The notes: generated from the sequence alone by a model not told the origin. 64,000 nt of DNA from a bacterium (GCA_963693055.1 OY843751.1:2048001-2112000), one strand, 5' to 3'. Positions 47,228 to 57,706 are shown, numbered from the stretch's first letter. A program made the numbers and translations.

Positions 47228-49624
47228 ATGAAATTATTCAAAGAGAGAGTAAACGGATTGTTGCCAGCTGTATTTCTATTTTGTATAATATGTTCTAGCT
47301 TGTTTGCGCAAAGTAACAACGGAACCGTTGACGAAAATAAGTCAATCGAGCAAAAGGCCAAAGATATTATATCTCAAATGACGTTGGAAGAAAAGATTGG
47401 CTTGATTGTTGGCGATGGAAAATATTTACCTGCTGTTGATCCCCAAACTGTATCGACAGAAACCGGTATGCTGGTAACAGACCAAACAGTAAAACATTTA
47501 ATACCCCGTCTGTCCATAAAATCCAGTACCATGTCTGATGGTCCGGCCGGTTTAAACAGAGAACCCCGTAAAGAAGGGCAAGAGGATTTTCATTATTCCA
47601 CCGCATTTCCTACGGCATCCTGTTTGGCTTCAACCTGGAATACCGATTTGGTGGAGCAGGTTGGCAAGGCGTTTGGTAATGAAGCATTGGAATATGGTAT
47701 TGATCTCGTGCTGGGCCCCGGCCTGAATATTCATCGTAATCCTAAAAACGGAAGGGCTTTTGAGTACTATTCTGAAGATCCATTGTTAACCGGAAAAATG
47801 GCGGCATCGATGGTGAATGGAATGCAATCTTATGGATCGGGTTCTACCTTGAAACATTTTGTCGCTCATAATCAGGAAGCGAACAGAAGAAATTACAACG
47901 CAGTTATCAGCCAAAGAGCTTTGCGAGAGATCTATTTGCGAGGATTCGAGATTGCAGTCAAAGAGGCAAGCCCAAAAGCGATAATGACCTCTTACAATCG
48001 TGTAAATGGGGATTATACTGCTGAGAATCCTGAACTTTTGCAGACCATTGTTCGCAAGGAATGGGGTTATGACGGTCTGTTGATAACAGATTGGGATGGA
48101 AACGGTAGTGCCGTGGCAAAAGTAAGGGCCGGTAAAAATTTATTGATGAGTGGTAACAGACAGGAATACAATGAGCTGACATCTGCTATGAAAAATCAAA
48201 CTCTGGATGAGAGTACACTGGATGAAAATTTGGTCAATCTGATAAAATTCAAGCTCGATTCCCCCCGGGAAAAAGGGCATATTCCATCTTTTAACCCGGA
48301 TTTAAAAGCCCATGCTGAGACCGCTCGAATAGCGGCAGAGGAAGGTATGGTATTATTAAAAAATGACAAAAACACACTTCCTTTGAAAAAAGGTAAAAGG
48401 GTTGCCTTGTTTGGCAAGATTGGTTATCATCTCATTCCTTATGGTACAGGTAGCGGTTGTGTGAGAAGTTTTAAATATGCCGTTTCAGTTAACCAAGGGC
48501 TCCAGTCAGCAGGCTTTAAGGTGTTGAAAGAGATGGAGACAGATTATATCGCTCTGATAGAAAAAATAAAACGGGAAAACCTGGTACCACCCTATTTTGA
48601 TACGCCTAAACACCGCAAAGACAATGGTATAGTCGGAGATCAAGCACCGAAACACTTTAAAGAGAGACTGGTTGCGTTTGCCAAAGAACCGCAAATTCCT
48701 GTGGCAGATATTTTAAAATACGAAAACAATGCCGACGTTGCTGTCATTACTCTTGGCCGAAGCGCAGGTGAGAATTACGAGAACGGCTATATTCCCATAT
48801 CAGAAAATGAACTTGAATTGGTGAAAAATGTAAGTGCTGTTTTTCATGATGCCGGGAAAAAAGTAATTGTTGTGCTAAATGTCGGTGGTGTTTGGGAAAC
48901 TGCCAGCTGGAGAGATTATGTGGATGCAATTCTGCTGGCTTGGTTGCCGGGGCAGGAAGGCGGGAATGCAATAGCAAATATTTTAAAAGGCGCTGTTAAT
49001 CCGTCAGGGAAATTGCCCGATTCTTTCCCGCTCAAGTATGAGGACGTACCATCCGCAGAATATTTCCCTGGTGTACCCGAAGAAGAGCCTATTTATTCTC
49101 TCTATAACGATGGTGTTTACGTCGGTTATCGGTATTATGATTCTTTTGATGTTCCTACTGCTTTTGAATTTGGTTTTGGGTTATCATATACTACTTTTCA
49201 ATATTCCGATTTAAAGTTGAGCAGTAATTCATTTTCCAAAACTTTAACAGTAAATGTAACGGTTAAAAATACCGGTAAAGTAGCTGGTAAAGAGATTGTT
49301 CAACTCTATATAGCTGCACCATCTACCCGGATGGAAAAACCAGTGCACGAGCTCAAAGGCTTTGCAAAAACCCGTTTATTAAAACCGGGTGAGAGTCAGA
49401 AAATCTCCTTTGAACTGGATGAACGTGCGCTGGCTTCTTTCTGGAGTGGCATTGATGCCTGGTTGGCAGATAAAGGTGACTATAAAGTGCAAATGGGTGC
49501 ATCGTCCAAAGACATTCGTCTTGAAGCTTCTTTTAATTTAGCCCAGGATGTGGTTGTTGAAAAAGTCAATGATGTGTTATATCCCAACTATTTATTGAAT
49601 GAGAAAAGTCGATTTGATAAATAG
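47228..49624 (+). CDS. GH3 beta-glucosidase-like glycoside hydrolase
   Basis: SDGPAG, GRAFEYYSEDP, KHF, ITDW, NPSGKLP, FGFGLSYT and C-terminal Fn3-like domain. Confidence 0.95.
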   Translation: MKLFKERVNGLLPAVFLFCIICSSLFAQSNNGTVDENKSIEQKAKDIISQMTLEEKIGLIVGDGKYLPAVDPQTVSTETGMLVTDQTVKHLIPRLSIKSSTMSDGPAGLNREPRKEGQEDFHYSTAFPTASCLASTWNTDLVEQVGKAFGNEALEYGIDLVLGPGLNIHRNPKNGRAFEYYSEDPLLTGKMAASMVNGMQSYGSGSTLKHFVAHNQEANRRNYNAVISQRALREIYLRGFEIAVKEASPKAIMTSYNRVNGDYTAENPELLQTIVRKEWGYDGLLITDWDGNGSAVAKVRAGKNLLMSGNRQEYNELTSAMKNQTLDESTLDENLVNLIKFKLDSPREKGHIPSFNPDLKAHAETARIAAEEGMVLLKNDKNTLPLKKGKRVALFGKIGYHLIPYGTGSGCVRSFKYAVSVNQGLQSAGFKVLKEMETDYIALIEKIKRENLVPPYFDTPKHRKDNGIVGDQAPKHFKERLVAFAKEPQIPVADILKYENNADVAVITLGRSAGENYENGYIPISENELELVKNVSAVFHDAGKKVIVVLNVGGVWETASWRDYVDAILLAWLPGQEGGNAIANILKGAVNPSGKLPDSFPLKYEDVPSAEYFPGVPEEEPIYSLYNDGVYVGYRYYDSFDVPTAFEFGFGLSYTTFQYSDLKLSSNSFSKTLTVNVTVKNTGKVAGKEIVQLYIAAPSTRMEKPVHELKGFAKTRLLKPGESQKISFELDERALASFWSGIDAWLADKGDYKVQMGASSKDIRLEASFNLAQDVVVEKVNDVLYPNYLLNEKSRFDK

Positions 49625-49660
49625 TGGGGAGGACCACCTGAAAAATATAATACTAATATT

Positions 49661-49681
49661 TGGTGGGGCAATGCCCCGCCA
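49661..49681 (+). terminator. GC-rich hairpin after GH3 (terminator or RNA stabiliser)
   Basis: TGGTGGGGCA-A-TGCCCCGCCA; no clear U-tract. Confidence 0.5.
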
Positions 49682-50110
49682 TATGAATTTATGTTTGAGT
49701 ATGCAATCAGTGTTTATCTCTGATTAAATCAATTAATCTACACGATAATTTTGTATATAACCAGACACGCATGGATAAACACAAATCAACTTTCTGTTGA
49801 AATACCATGGGAATAGATCCCTGGCCTTGTTACAATCTTGAAATAGAAGGTTTGTCTGGTGAAAAACTATTTTATTGATTATTTTAACAATAATTACTAT
49901 AATAAACCAACACTGACAGATATTTACTATGGAAGAAACCGGGGGGTTTGTTGCCAGGTTAAGAAAATCAATTTGTCTAAAAAGTTTGCTACTGTTTATA
50001 ATCTAGTGTAACATGATATTCATTGTTATAGATGAATAGAGTTTGGGTACTAGTTTAATTTTTATCAAAGAAAAACTGACGAGTTACGCGTTTGTACTTG
50101 TAAATGAATT

Positions 50111-52321
50111 ATGGAAGAATGGGAAAGGATCAATATGATACGAGTCGGGAGATGTGTTGTAGATAATTTTAAAAAATATCATATCAAAAAAAATTTTCTA
50201 ATTTGCTCAATCGTTTTAGCACTTTTATTTACAGTATCTTGTGAGAGAAATATTCCATCATACACCATAGATTTGGAAAAAGACTGGCGGTTCTCTCCTG
50301 ATCCCCAAAAGTCAGGCATGTCTGAACAATGGTATTCACCTGAATATGATGACTCTGACTGGGCAGTGATTGATGCGGGAAAACGATGGGAAGATCAGGG
50401 ATACCCGGAACTGGATGATTTGGGATGGTATAGAAAAGAGGTAGATATTCCCAAAGAATTAAAAGGTCGGGATTTGTGGATAAAATTTGCAGGTGTAAAT
50501 GACTATTTCGAGTTATTTATAAATGGTAAAAGTACCGGTTTATTTGGAAAGTCTTATTATTCTGTTGCAGGGAGGCCCACTGCGGCAAAAATATCTGATA
50601 TGTTGGTTTATGGTGAAACGAATCTTGTTACCGTTAAAGTAAGTGATATTGCCGGAAGTGGTGGAATATGGAAATCTCCTGTAATCATTACAACTATAAA
50701 TGTTGAGCAAAGTGTAAACCGAAAATTTACCTTTGAAAAGGAATATCTGAATTTACCGGTGAAAAAGGGTGCTCCCATGTGCACCGTCAAGTTATTTGTT
50801 GATAATGTAATTGAAAGAGAATTTTTCATAGAACTTGCATCCGGAGAACCCGATTTTTGGGTCTATATGGAAATAGATGAATTCAAAGGGAAAAAGGGTG
50901 AGATTAAAATATTTGAACTCGATCCGGATCGTAAGGATTTAGTTGATACCATTTATCAGGACAATACCTTCCCGGGAGAAGATGAACTCTATCACGAAAA
51001 GTATCGCCCACAGTTTCATTTTTCATCCAAACGGGGCTGGTTGAATGATCCCAATGGATTGGTCTATTATGATGGAGAGTACCATCTTTTCTATCAACAT
51101 AATGCTTTTGGAGTTGCTGAGGGTAGCAAATCGTGGGGGCATGCAGTTAGTAAAGATTTGCTTCATTGGCAGGAACTGGGTGACGCCCTATATCCCGATG
51201 AATGGGGAACCATGTGGTCAGGGTCTGCGGTTGTGGATTGGAATAATACAACCGGATTCCAAACTGGAGATGAACCCCCTCTGGTTGCTATTTATACCAA
51301 TGCTGGTGGAGAAAATCAATGGTCAGCCGGCAAACCTTTTACCCAGGGATTAGCGTTTAGTAATGATCATGGTCGAACCTGGACTAAATATGAAGGAAAT
51401 CCGGTACAGGGACATATCAATGCGGGTAACCGTGATCCCAAAGTGATTTGGTTGGAAAAGACACAGGAATGGGTAATTGTTCTCTATCTTGTAGATGGCC
51501 GAATGGCATTTTTTACATCACCGGATTTAAAACAATGGGAACTTGAAAGCATACTGGAATCCTTTCACGAATGCCCAGAATTGTTCCAGTTGCCAGTTGA
51601 TGGCAACGAGAATAATAAAAAGTGGATTTTGTATGGCGGCACCGGAGATTATTTTATTGGTGATTTTGATGGAGCAAAGTTTACGATCAAGAGTGAAAAG
51701 AAACGTTACAGTTATGGGGACGCCTTTTACGCATCACAAACATTCAGCGATATTCCCAAAGAGGACGGGCGGCGCATCCAGATCGGGTGGGCACGTATTG
51801 ATTTGCCCGGTATGCCATTTAATCAGATGATGCATTTCCCGGTAGAATTGACACTGCGTTCTACAAAGCACGGTATCCGCATATTTACGAATCCTGTTAG
51901 AGAAATTGAAAAGCTGTATAAAGAAAAGCACCATATACAAGATTTCAAGTTGGCCCCGGAAAGTAATCCGTTATCTCACATTAAAGGAGAATTGTTTGAC
52001 ATATCGGCAGAATTTGCTGTTGGCAATGCTTCAAAGATTGGCTTTGAAATCCGTGGAGTGCCAGTTGAGTATGATGTCAGGAAGGGAGTGCTTTCAGTTA
52101 AAAGCCAGTCAGTACAGTTTAAACCGCAAAATGGAAAAATTAAATTGCGGCTTTTGATCGACCGTACATCGCTCGAGATATTTGTTAATGATGGAGAATA
52201 TTATATGCCAATGGGTTCTATACCGGATGATAACAACAAATCATTAAATGTGTTTGCAATTGGTGGAACTGCTAATATTATTAATCTGGATGTCAATGAA
52301 ATAAATTCTGCATGGAATTAA
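50111..52321 (+). CDS. GH32 beta-fructosidase/levanase with N-terminal GH2_N-like and DUF4980-like domains
   Basis: WLNDPNG, WGHAVS, WSGSA, RDPKV, ECP, FYASQT. The true start may be slightly downstream. Confidence 0.92.
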   Translation: MEEWERINMIRVGRCVVDNFKKYHIKKNFLICSIVLALLFTVSCERNIPSYTIDLEKDWRFSPDPQKSGMSEQWYSPEYDDSDWAVIDAGKRWEDQGYPELDDLGWYRKEVDIPKELKGRDLWIKFAGVNDYFELFINGKSTGLFGKSYYSVAGRPTAAKISDMLVYGETNLVTVKVSDIAGSGGIWKSPVIITTINVEQSVNRKFTFEKEYLNLPVKKGAPMCTVKLFVDNVIEREFFIELASGEPDFWVYMEIDEFKGKKGEIKIFELDPDRKDLVDTIYQDNTFPGEDELYHEKYRPQFHFSSKRGWLNDPNGLVYYDGEYHLFYQHNAFGVAEGSKSWGHAVSKDLLHWQELGDALYPDEWGTMWSGSAVVDWNNTTGFQTGDEPPLVAIYTNAGGENQWSAGKPFTQGLAFSNDHGRTWTKYEGNPVQGHINAGNRDPKVIWLEKTQEWVIVLYLVDGRMAFFTSPDLKQWELESILESFHECPELFQLPVDGNENNKKWILYGGTGDYFIGDFDGAKFTIKSEKKRYSYGDAFYASQTFSDIPKEDGRRIQIGWARIDLPGMPFNQMMHFPVELTLRSTKHGIRIFTNPVREIEKLYKEKHHIQDFKLAPESNPLSHIKGELFDISAEFAVGNASKIGFEIRGVPVEYDVRKGVLSVKSQSVQFKPQNGKIKLRLLIDRTSLEIFVNDGEYYMPMGSIPDDNNKSLNVFAIGGTANIINLDVNEINSAWN

Positions 52322-52356
52322 GGTGTTTTTGTTAGATCTTTAAAAAAGAGGGAAAT

Positions 52357-55326
52357 ATGAAGAAATTTGTCACATTACTTTATGCAATTCTGGTTGTAAT
52401 TACGTTATCTTGTGTAAATTCTGCAATGGATAAAAGCCCCAAAATATTAAATAATTATGTGGATTTGGTAGATCCATTTATCGGTACAGATGCGAACGGC
52501 CATACATTCCCGGGAGCAACGCTGCCTAACGGACTGGTACAACTCAGTCCTGATACAAAAACCGAAACTTGGAATAATTGTTCAGGATACCATTATACCG
52601 ATAAAAGTATTATGGGATTCAGTCATACACACTATAGCGGAACAGGAGCGCTTGGTGGTGGCGATATATTATTTATGCCCACTGTTGGTGAAATTCAATT
52701 GAATGCAGGCGATATAAATCATACCGAGACTGGCTACCGTTCACAATATTCACATGAACAAGAGTCTGCTACTCCCGGTTATTATTCTGTTATTCTTAAA
52801 GATTATAACATTCACGTAGAGTTGACCGCAACCAAAAGAGTTGGATTGCAAAAGTATACGTTTCCCCAAGGGGACCAGTCCAATGTCATTCTTGACCTGG
52901 TTCACGGTATTGCCGATGGTCCGGACAGCTTGTTCATTCAAATCGATGGAGATGAAATTTCAGGTTACAGAGCGGCATACGGTGGATTGGACAATAGCAA
53001 TGTGATCTATTTTGCGGCCCAATTTTCAAAGAAATTCCAAAGTTATGGTATAGCAGTTGATAATGTGATAAAGTCAGATATTAAATCCGCAAAAGGCAAT
53101 AATATTAAAGCCTTTTTTAGATTCAACACACAAGAGAATGACCCTGTTCTGTTAAAAGCAGCAATCTCTACGGTAAGCATTGATGGCGCGAAAAAGAATT
53201 TAAAAGCAGAGGTTTCAGATTGGGATTTTGATAATGTACGAAAATCAGCCACAGAAACCTGGAACAAGGTGCTGAATAAAATACAGGTCGAAGGAGGAAC
53301 AAAAGATCAGCAGACAATATTTTATACCGCGTTATATCATGCTTATATTCATCCCAATCTTTATATGGATGTTGATAAAAGGTATCGCAGCGCCACCAAA
53401 GAAATATATAAAGGCGCCAATGATTTTGAAAATTATACCACGTTTTCATTATGGGATACCTTTAGAGCGTTGCACCCATTGTTGACTATAATTGATCACA
53501 AGCAAACCAATCAATATATTAAAACATTTATCGAGCGCTACGAGCATGCTTTGAATATGCCCATTATGGAGTTCTCTGGTAGCGAAGGCTATACCATGAT
53601 TGGTTACCATTCGATCCCGGTTGTGGCAGATGCCTATGTTAAGGGCATTCGGGACTATGATGTTAAAAAAGCGTACAAGGCAGTAAAGCAATTGGCCAAT
53701 GGTGACAGGGCCGGAAAAGAATTTTATTTGCAATATGGTTATGTGCCCGATGATTTTAGTATTGAATCGGTATCTCGAACTTTGGAATACAGTTACGATG
53801 ACTGGTGCGTCACCCGCCTCGCTCAGGATTTTGATAAAGAGGATTTTGCTCATTACAATTCAAGAGGGCAGTTTTATAGAAATGTTTTCAATAAAGAAAT
53901 CGATTTTATGGCCCCCAAAAACAGCGACTATACCTGGACGAAAAATTTTGATCCTATGGAAGTAACCAAGCTGCATTTTACAGAAGCGAATGCGTATCAA
54001 TATACTCCGTTTGTGTTACAGGATATTGACGGGTTGATTCAATTGTTGGGTGGAGATAAAGCGTTTGAAAAATGGTTGGATGTTATCTTTAATACAGAGA
54101 CAGATACCATTAACAATAAAATAATGGATGTGGATGTAACCGGATTGATTGGTCAATATGCACAGGGCAATGAACCCAGTCATCATACAGCCTATTTGTA
54201 CAATTATGTTGGCTCTGCCTGGAAAACGCAAAAGCAGATAAGAGAAATTCTAACTACATTATACACTTCTGGACCGGATGGTATGTGTGGAAATGATGAC
54301 GCGGGTCAAATGTCCGCCTGGTATATATTCAGCGCAATGGGATTTTATCCTGTTACACCCGGCCTGGATTATTATGCCATTGGCAGTCCCTTGTTCGATA
54401 AAGTTACCATCAATTTAGAAAATGGAAAACAGTTTAAACTTGTTACGAACAATAATAACTTGGTTAATGCTTATGTTCAGTCTGTAATTCTGAATGGCAA
54501 ACCCTATACAAAATCCTATTTGAACCATGATGATATTATGAATGGTGCTACAATGGAAATTACTATGGGTGACCAGCCGAATAAATCGTGGGGAAAAGCG
54601 GTACAGGACCGTCCATATTCCCCAAAATATGAATGTGCCCCGGTACCTATGCTGAAATCTACCGGAAGGAAATTCCTAAAAAGCACTTTGGTATCGCTTT
54701 CTTGTGAAAACAAGAGTGCTGTTATTCGCTATACTATTGATGGCAGCGAACCCGATGAGGATTCGAAAACATATAAAAATCCAATTACTATCAACCAAAC
54801 ATGTCATTTAAAGGTGAAATGCTTTGTGGATGGATTGCAGCCGGGTTATACTGCCGCTTTTGATTTTGAAAAGCTGGATCTGCAGCCAGCCCTGATTGTT
54901 TCAAATCCGAAACCCGGATTAAGATATATCTATAAAGAAGCTTCATGCGCCAATACCGCGGATCTTGATAAATATCCCATTGACAATAAAGGGATTATTA
55001 AATCGATTAATGTGGATTCCATCAAAGACTCGCGACCCTTTGGGTATATATTTGAAGGCTATGTCAATGTTCCTGTTGACGGACTGTACATTTTTTATCT
55101 GGAATCTAATGACGGTTCAACCTTGTATCTGGATGATGAATTGATTGTTGACAATGATGGCGACCATATGTTACAAACATTGTTTGCGGAAAGAGGATTA
55201 AAAAAAGGTTTTCATTCTATCAAAATTAAATATTTCCAAATGGGCGGGGGAAAAAGTCTGGATGTAAGCTGGAAAATACCCGGTTCTGATATCGTAGCGG
55301 TTCCGGCAAGCGTTTTGTATCATTAA
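52357..55326 (+). CDS. GH92 alpha-mannosidase with C-terminal Fn3_assoc and PA14 domains
   Basis: VDPFIGT...GHTFPGA, SLWDTFRA, GNEPSHH, GNDDAGQMSAWY; IRYTIDGSEP; SNDGS...VDNDGDH. Confidence 0.93.
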   Translation: MKKFVTLLYAILVVITLSCVNSAMDKSPKILNNYVDLVDPFIGTDANGHTFPGATLPNGLVQLSPDTKTETWNNCSGYHYTDKSIMGFSHTHYSGTGALGGGDILFMPTVGEIQLNAGDINHTETGYRSQYSHEQESATPGYYSVILKDYNIHVELTATKRVGLQKYTFPQGDQSNVILDLVHGIADGPDSLFIQIDGDEISGYRAAYGGLDNSNVIYFAAQFSKKFQSYGIAVDNVIKSDIKSAKGNNIKAFFRFNTQENDPVLLKAAISTVSIDGAKKNLKAEVSDWDFDNVRKSATETWNKVLNKIQVEGGTKDQQTIFYTALYHAYIHPNLYMDVDKRYRSATKEIYKGANDFENYTTFSLWDTFRALHPLLTIIDHKQTNQYIKTFIERYEHALNMPIMEFSGSEGYTMIGYHSIPVVADAYVKGIRDYDVKKAYKAVKQLANGDRAGKEFYLQYGYVPDDFSIESVSRTLEYSYDDWCVTRLAQDFDKEDFAHYNSRGQFYRNVFNKEIDFMAPKNSDYTWTKNFDPMEVTKLHFTEANAYQYTPFVLQDIDGLIQLLGGDKAFEKWLDVIFNTETDTINNKIMDVDVTGLIGQYAQGNEPSHHTAYLYNYVGSAWKTQKQIREILTTLYTSGPDGMCGNDDAGQMSAWYIFSAMGFYPVTPGLDYYAIGSPLFDKVTINLENGKQFKLVTNNNNLVNAYVQSVILNGKPYTKSYLNHDDIMNGATMEITMGDQPNKSWGKAVQDRPYSPKYECAPVPMLKSTGRKFLKSTLVSLSCENKSAVIRYTIDGSEPDEDSKTYKNPITINQTCHLKVKCFVDGLQPGYTAAFDFEKLDLQPALIVSNPKPGLRYIYKEASCANTADLDKYPIDNKGIIKSINVDSIKDSRPFGYIFEGYVNVPVDGLYIFYLESNDGSTLYLDDELIVDNDGDHMLQTLFAERGLKKGFHSIKIKYFQMGGGKSLDVSWKIPGSDIVAVPASVLYH

Positions 55327-55341
55327 TAGTCTGGTTTTTAA

Positions 55342-55381
55342 ATGTGCCTGGTATCCACCAACTGGTGGATGCAGGGCACAT
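55342..55381 (+). terminator. Long hairpin after GH92
   Basis: ATGTGCC...ATCCACCA-AC-TGGTGGAT...GGCACAT. Confidence 0.6.
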
Positions 55382-55553
55382 ATTAATATTATTTAGGTAC
55401 TTTGAGTTGAATAAAATACACATAAAAAAGTATACGATTTGTAATGAAGATTATAAATCCTAAAACTTTATTTGAAAACCATAAAAGGATGAATTTATAC
55501 AATAATTTATACTTGACTTTGCTTTCAAGCAATGAAATAAAAGAAAGAAAAAA

Positions 55554-56864
55554 ATGAAAATTAACGCTAGTAGAATATTAGCAATAATAATCATACTGAG
55601 CACTATAATGTGTGTGAACGTATCAGGTCAATATGAACCTGAAGGAAATTACGACTGGAAAAGTAATATGGTTATTGCTGATCGGAAACGCGATGAGGCA
55701 GGGATGTTGCAACCACTCCAGTCTTATGATGAAACAATCCGTCGTGGGATGTCGTTGCTGCTGATTGATCATTTACTTTGGTTTAAAGGATCAAGAGAAA
55801 ACCTTCAGGATGAGAATGGGAACACCCAGATGCCATGGGTATACTATTCAAACATTCAGCACAATGGCGAACCATTTCCAAATTCTATAGACCGTTTTGT
55901 GTCATACCCGGCATTTCATCACTCCTTGATGATCAAAACATTTATCAAATACTGGAAATACTTGGGAGATAAGCAGGCGCTCAAGGAAGCTATTAAGCTG
56001 GCAGATTGGAACATTGCTCATAGAACACCGAGCGAGTGGGCTTATGGGAACATGCCCTACAGTACCTTTGAGGAAAAGAAACCGGGAGGCTTTAGGGACA
56101 AGAGTGGTATCATGCCTGACAAGGGAGCAATTATGGCTTTGGCTTATTTAGAACTGTATGAAGCTACTAATAAACAAAAATATAAAGATGCCGCAGAATC
56201 TATTGCCAATACACTATGCAAAACGCAACGCCCTAATGGTACATGGCCTTTTCGTGTCGATCCGAAAACAGAAAAGGTGATCGAAGAATATACAAGCAGT
56301 GTCATCTATGCTGTTATGTTATTTGAGAACCTGGATACATTGAACAAAAATAATAATTTCAAGTTTTATCATGACCGAACATGGGAGTGGTTACTGAATG
56401 GTCCGATCAAGACTAAGGAATTTCGAGGTTTCTATGAAGATATCCCGGAAAATACAGAGGGGCGTACCAATTACGATTGTCTTGACGTGATACGTTATTT
56501 GCTGTCCAACCGGACAGACAGTAATGGCTATCTTGAAATGGCACTGGAGCTTAATGTTTGGGTTGAAAAAATCTTTATGGACAAGATTGAAGGCTTTGAG
56601 CCAGCAGAGGGGATTCGAGAACAATTGCAGTGCAATTATATCATGGGCGTTCACAGCCTGAATTGGGCATCAATGCTGCTGGTTCTTGCCAAGGCTTCTG
56701 ATGACGAAAAGATGAGAGAGCGGGCTATACAGACGGCAAATTATGTTACCTATTATTTACAACCAGACAACCGGATTGTGGTGGGTTTCAATTATAATCA
56801 GTGGTGGTACAGTTGCCACATTGGTGTTATCCTGTATTTATTTGATTTTTTGGCTGCAAATTGA
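55554..56864 (+). CDS. Secreted (alpha/alpha)6-toroid protein of unknown function, possibly carbohydrate-active
   Basis: Signal peptide, helical hairpin repeats (YLELYEATNKQKYKDAA, QRPNGTWPFRV), GFYED. Confidence 0.6.
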   Translation: MKINASRILAIIIILSTIMCVNVSGQYEPEGNYDWKSNMVIADRKRDEAGMLQPLQSYDETIRRGMSLLLIDHLLWFKGSRENLQDENGNTQMPWVYYSNIQHNGEPFPNSIDRFVSYPAFHHSLMIKTFIKYWKYLGDKQALKEAIKLADWNIAHRTPSEWAYGNMPYSTFEEKKPGGFRDKSGIMPDKGAIMALAYLELYEATNKQKYKDAAESIANTLCKTQRPNGTWPFRVDPKTEKVIEEYTSSVIYAVMLFENLDTLNKNNNFKFYHDRTWEWLLNGPIKTKEFRGFYEDIPENTEGRTNYDCLDVIRYLLSNRTDSNGYLEMALELNVWVEKIFMDKIEGFEPAEGIREQLQCNYIMGVHSLNWASMLLVLAKASDDEKMRERAIQTANYVTYYLQPDNRIVVGFNYNQWWYSCHIGVILYLFDFLAAN

Positions 56865-56917
56865 TTTATAAAAACAATTTGCATAAAACCAGTTGAAAAG
56901 ATAATGACAGTCATTAG

Positions 56918-56977
56918 CCCGGACTTCCTGTCCGGGATTATGAAATTAGGTAGAAAAACACCGGACGGAACGTTCGG
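56918..56977. repeat. Two related CCGGAC-type hairpins (REP-like)
   Basis: CCCGGAC-TTCCT-GTCCGGG (56918-56936) and CCGGACG-GAA-CGTTCGG (56961-56977). Confidence 0.45.
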
Positions 56978-57204
56978 GTTACGAACGGGTAATCCAAGAC
57001 ATTTCAAAAGAAATCGTAATTTTTTTTGTAATAGGAAAAGACTTGGTATAATATCTGTTTAATAGCATATAAAACTCGTTAAAAATGTTGCATTAGTCAA
57101 AGTGTATTGTTAAATTTCTTACCTGATTGATTTTTTATCAGGTTTAGCAATGAATTGAATATATTATCGGTATATAACCACAATGGACAAGTGTTAATCA
57201 GACC

Positions 57205-57516
57205 ATGTTTTCTGGATTCGGGAAAAAAATAAAATCAGGCAATCATTTTTTGATCGTATTGCTTGTTTTATTATTATTATTGCAGGTTATCGGGCTTGAT
57301 TTGTTTCACAATCATGAACCTGATTTCGAACATCATGATGATTGTCCTGCAAGTCTATTGTACTTTATGTTCAGTTCAATTTTTTTCTTTGATACAATAG
57401 TCAAATTTTTTTTATTATTAATTTGTATTTTACAATTTGTCTATTACCAAACCCATCATTTATATTTTTATGAAAAATACCTGTCTCGTGCACCTCCTAT
57501 TCTACTAATTTATTAA
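57205..57516 (+). CDS. DUF2946-like His-rich leader protein ending in a RAPP ribosome-arrest motif
   Basis: N-terminal TM/signal, HNHEPDFEHHDDCPAS, a second hydrophobic stretch and SRAPP close to the stop; directly upstream of a metal-uptake operon. Confidence 0.75.
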   Translation: MFSGFGKKIKSGNHFLIVLLVLLLLLQVIGLDLFHNHEPDFEHHDDCPASLLYFMFSSIFFFDTIVKFFLLLICILQFVYYQTHHLYFYEKYLSRAPPILLIY

Positions 57517-57530
57517 CAAAACAAATTATT

Positions 57531-57674
57531 AAACTCTTTTTGAGAGATTTAGCCATTTTTTACTGCATTTATCTACTCTGTTGACTAAACTGGAGGTGGG
57601 TAAAGTATATATATTGGTGTATATCTTGTGATTTATTCACCAAAATGCATTTGTGGCTCATTCACTTTTTTTTT
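57531..57674 (+). promoter_or_regulatory. Structured intergenic RNA, putative attenuator
   Basis: Nested complementary pairs AGCCA/TGGCT, TGCATTT/AAATGCA, TTTATCTACTC/GAGGTGGGTAAA and TTGGTG/CACCAA, followed by T9. Confidence 0.5.
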
Positions 57675-57706
57675 AATGAATCGAATTTATATAAAGGAAT
57701 TCAATC

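Noticed and set aside
57060-57200. Zur/Fur box upstream of the metal-uptake leader
   Set aside because: Only a half-site-like AAATGTTGCATT is present; no convincing palindrome.
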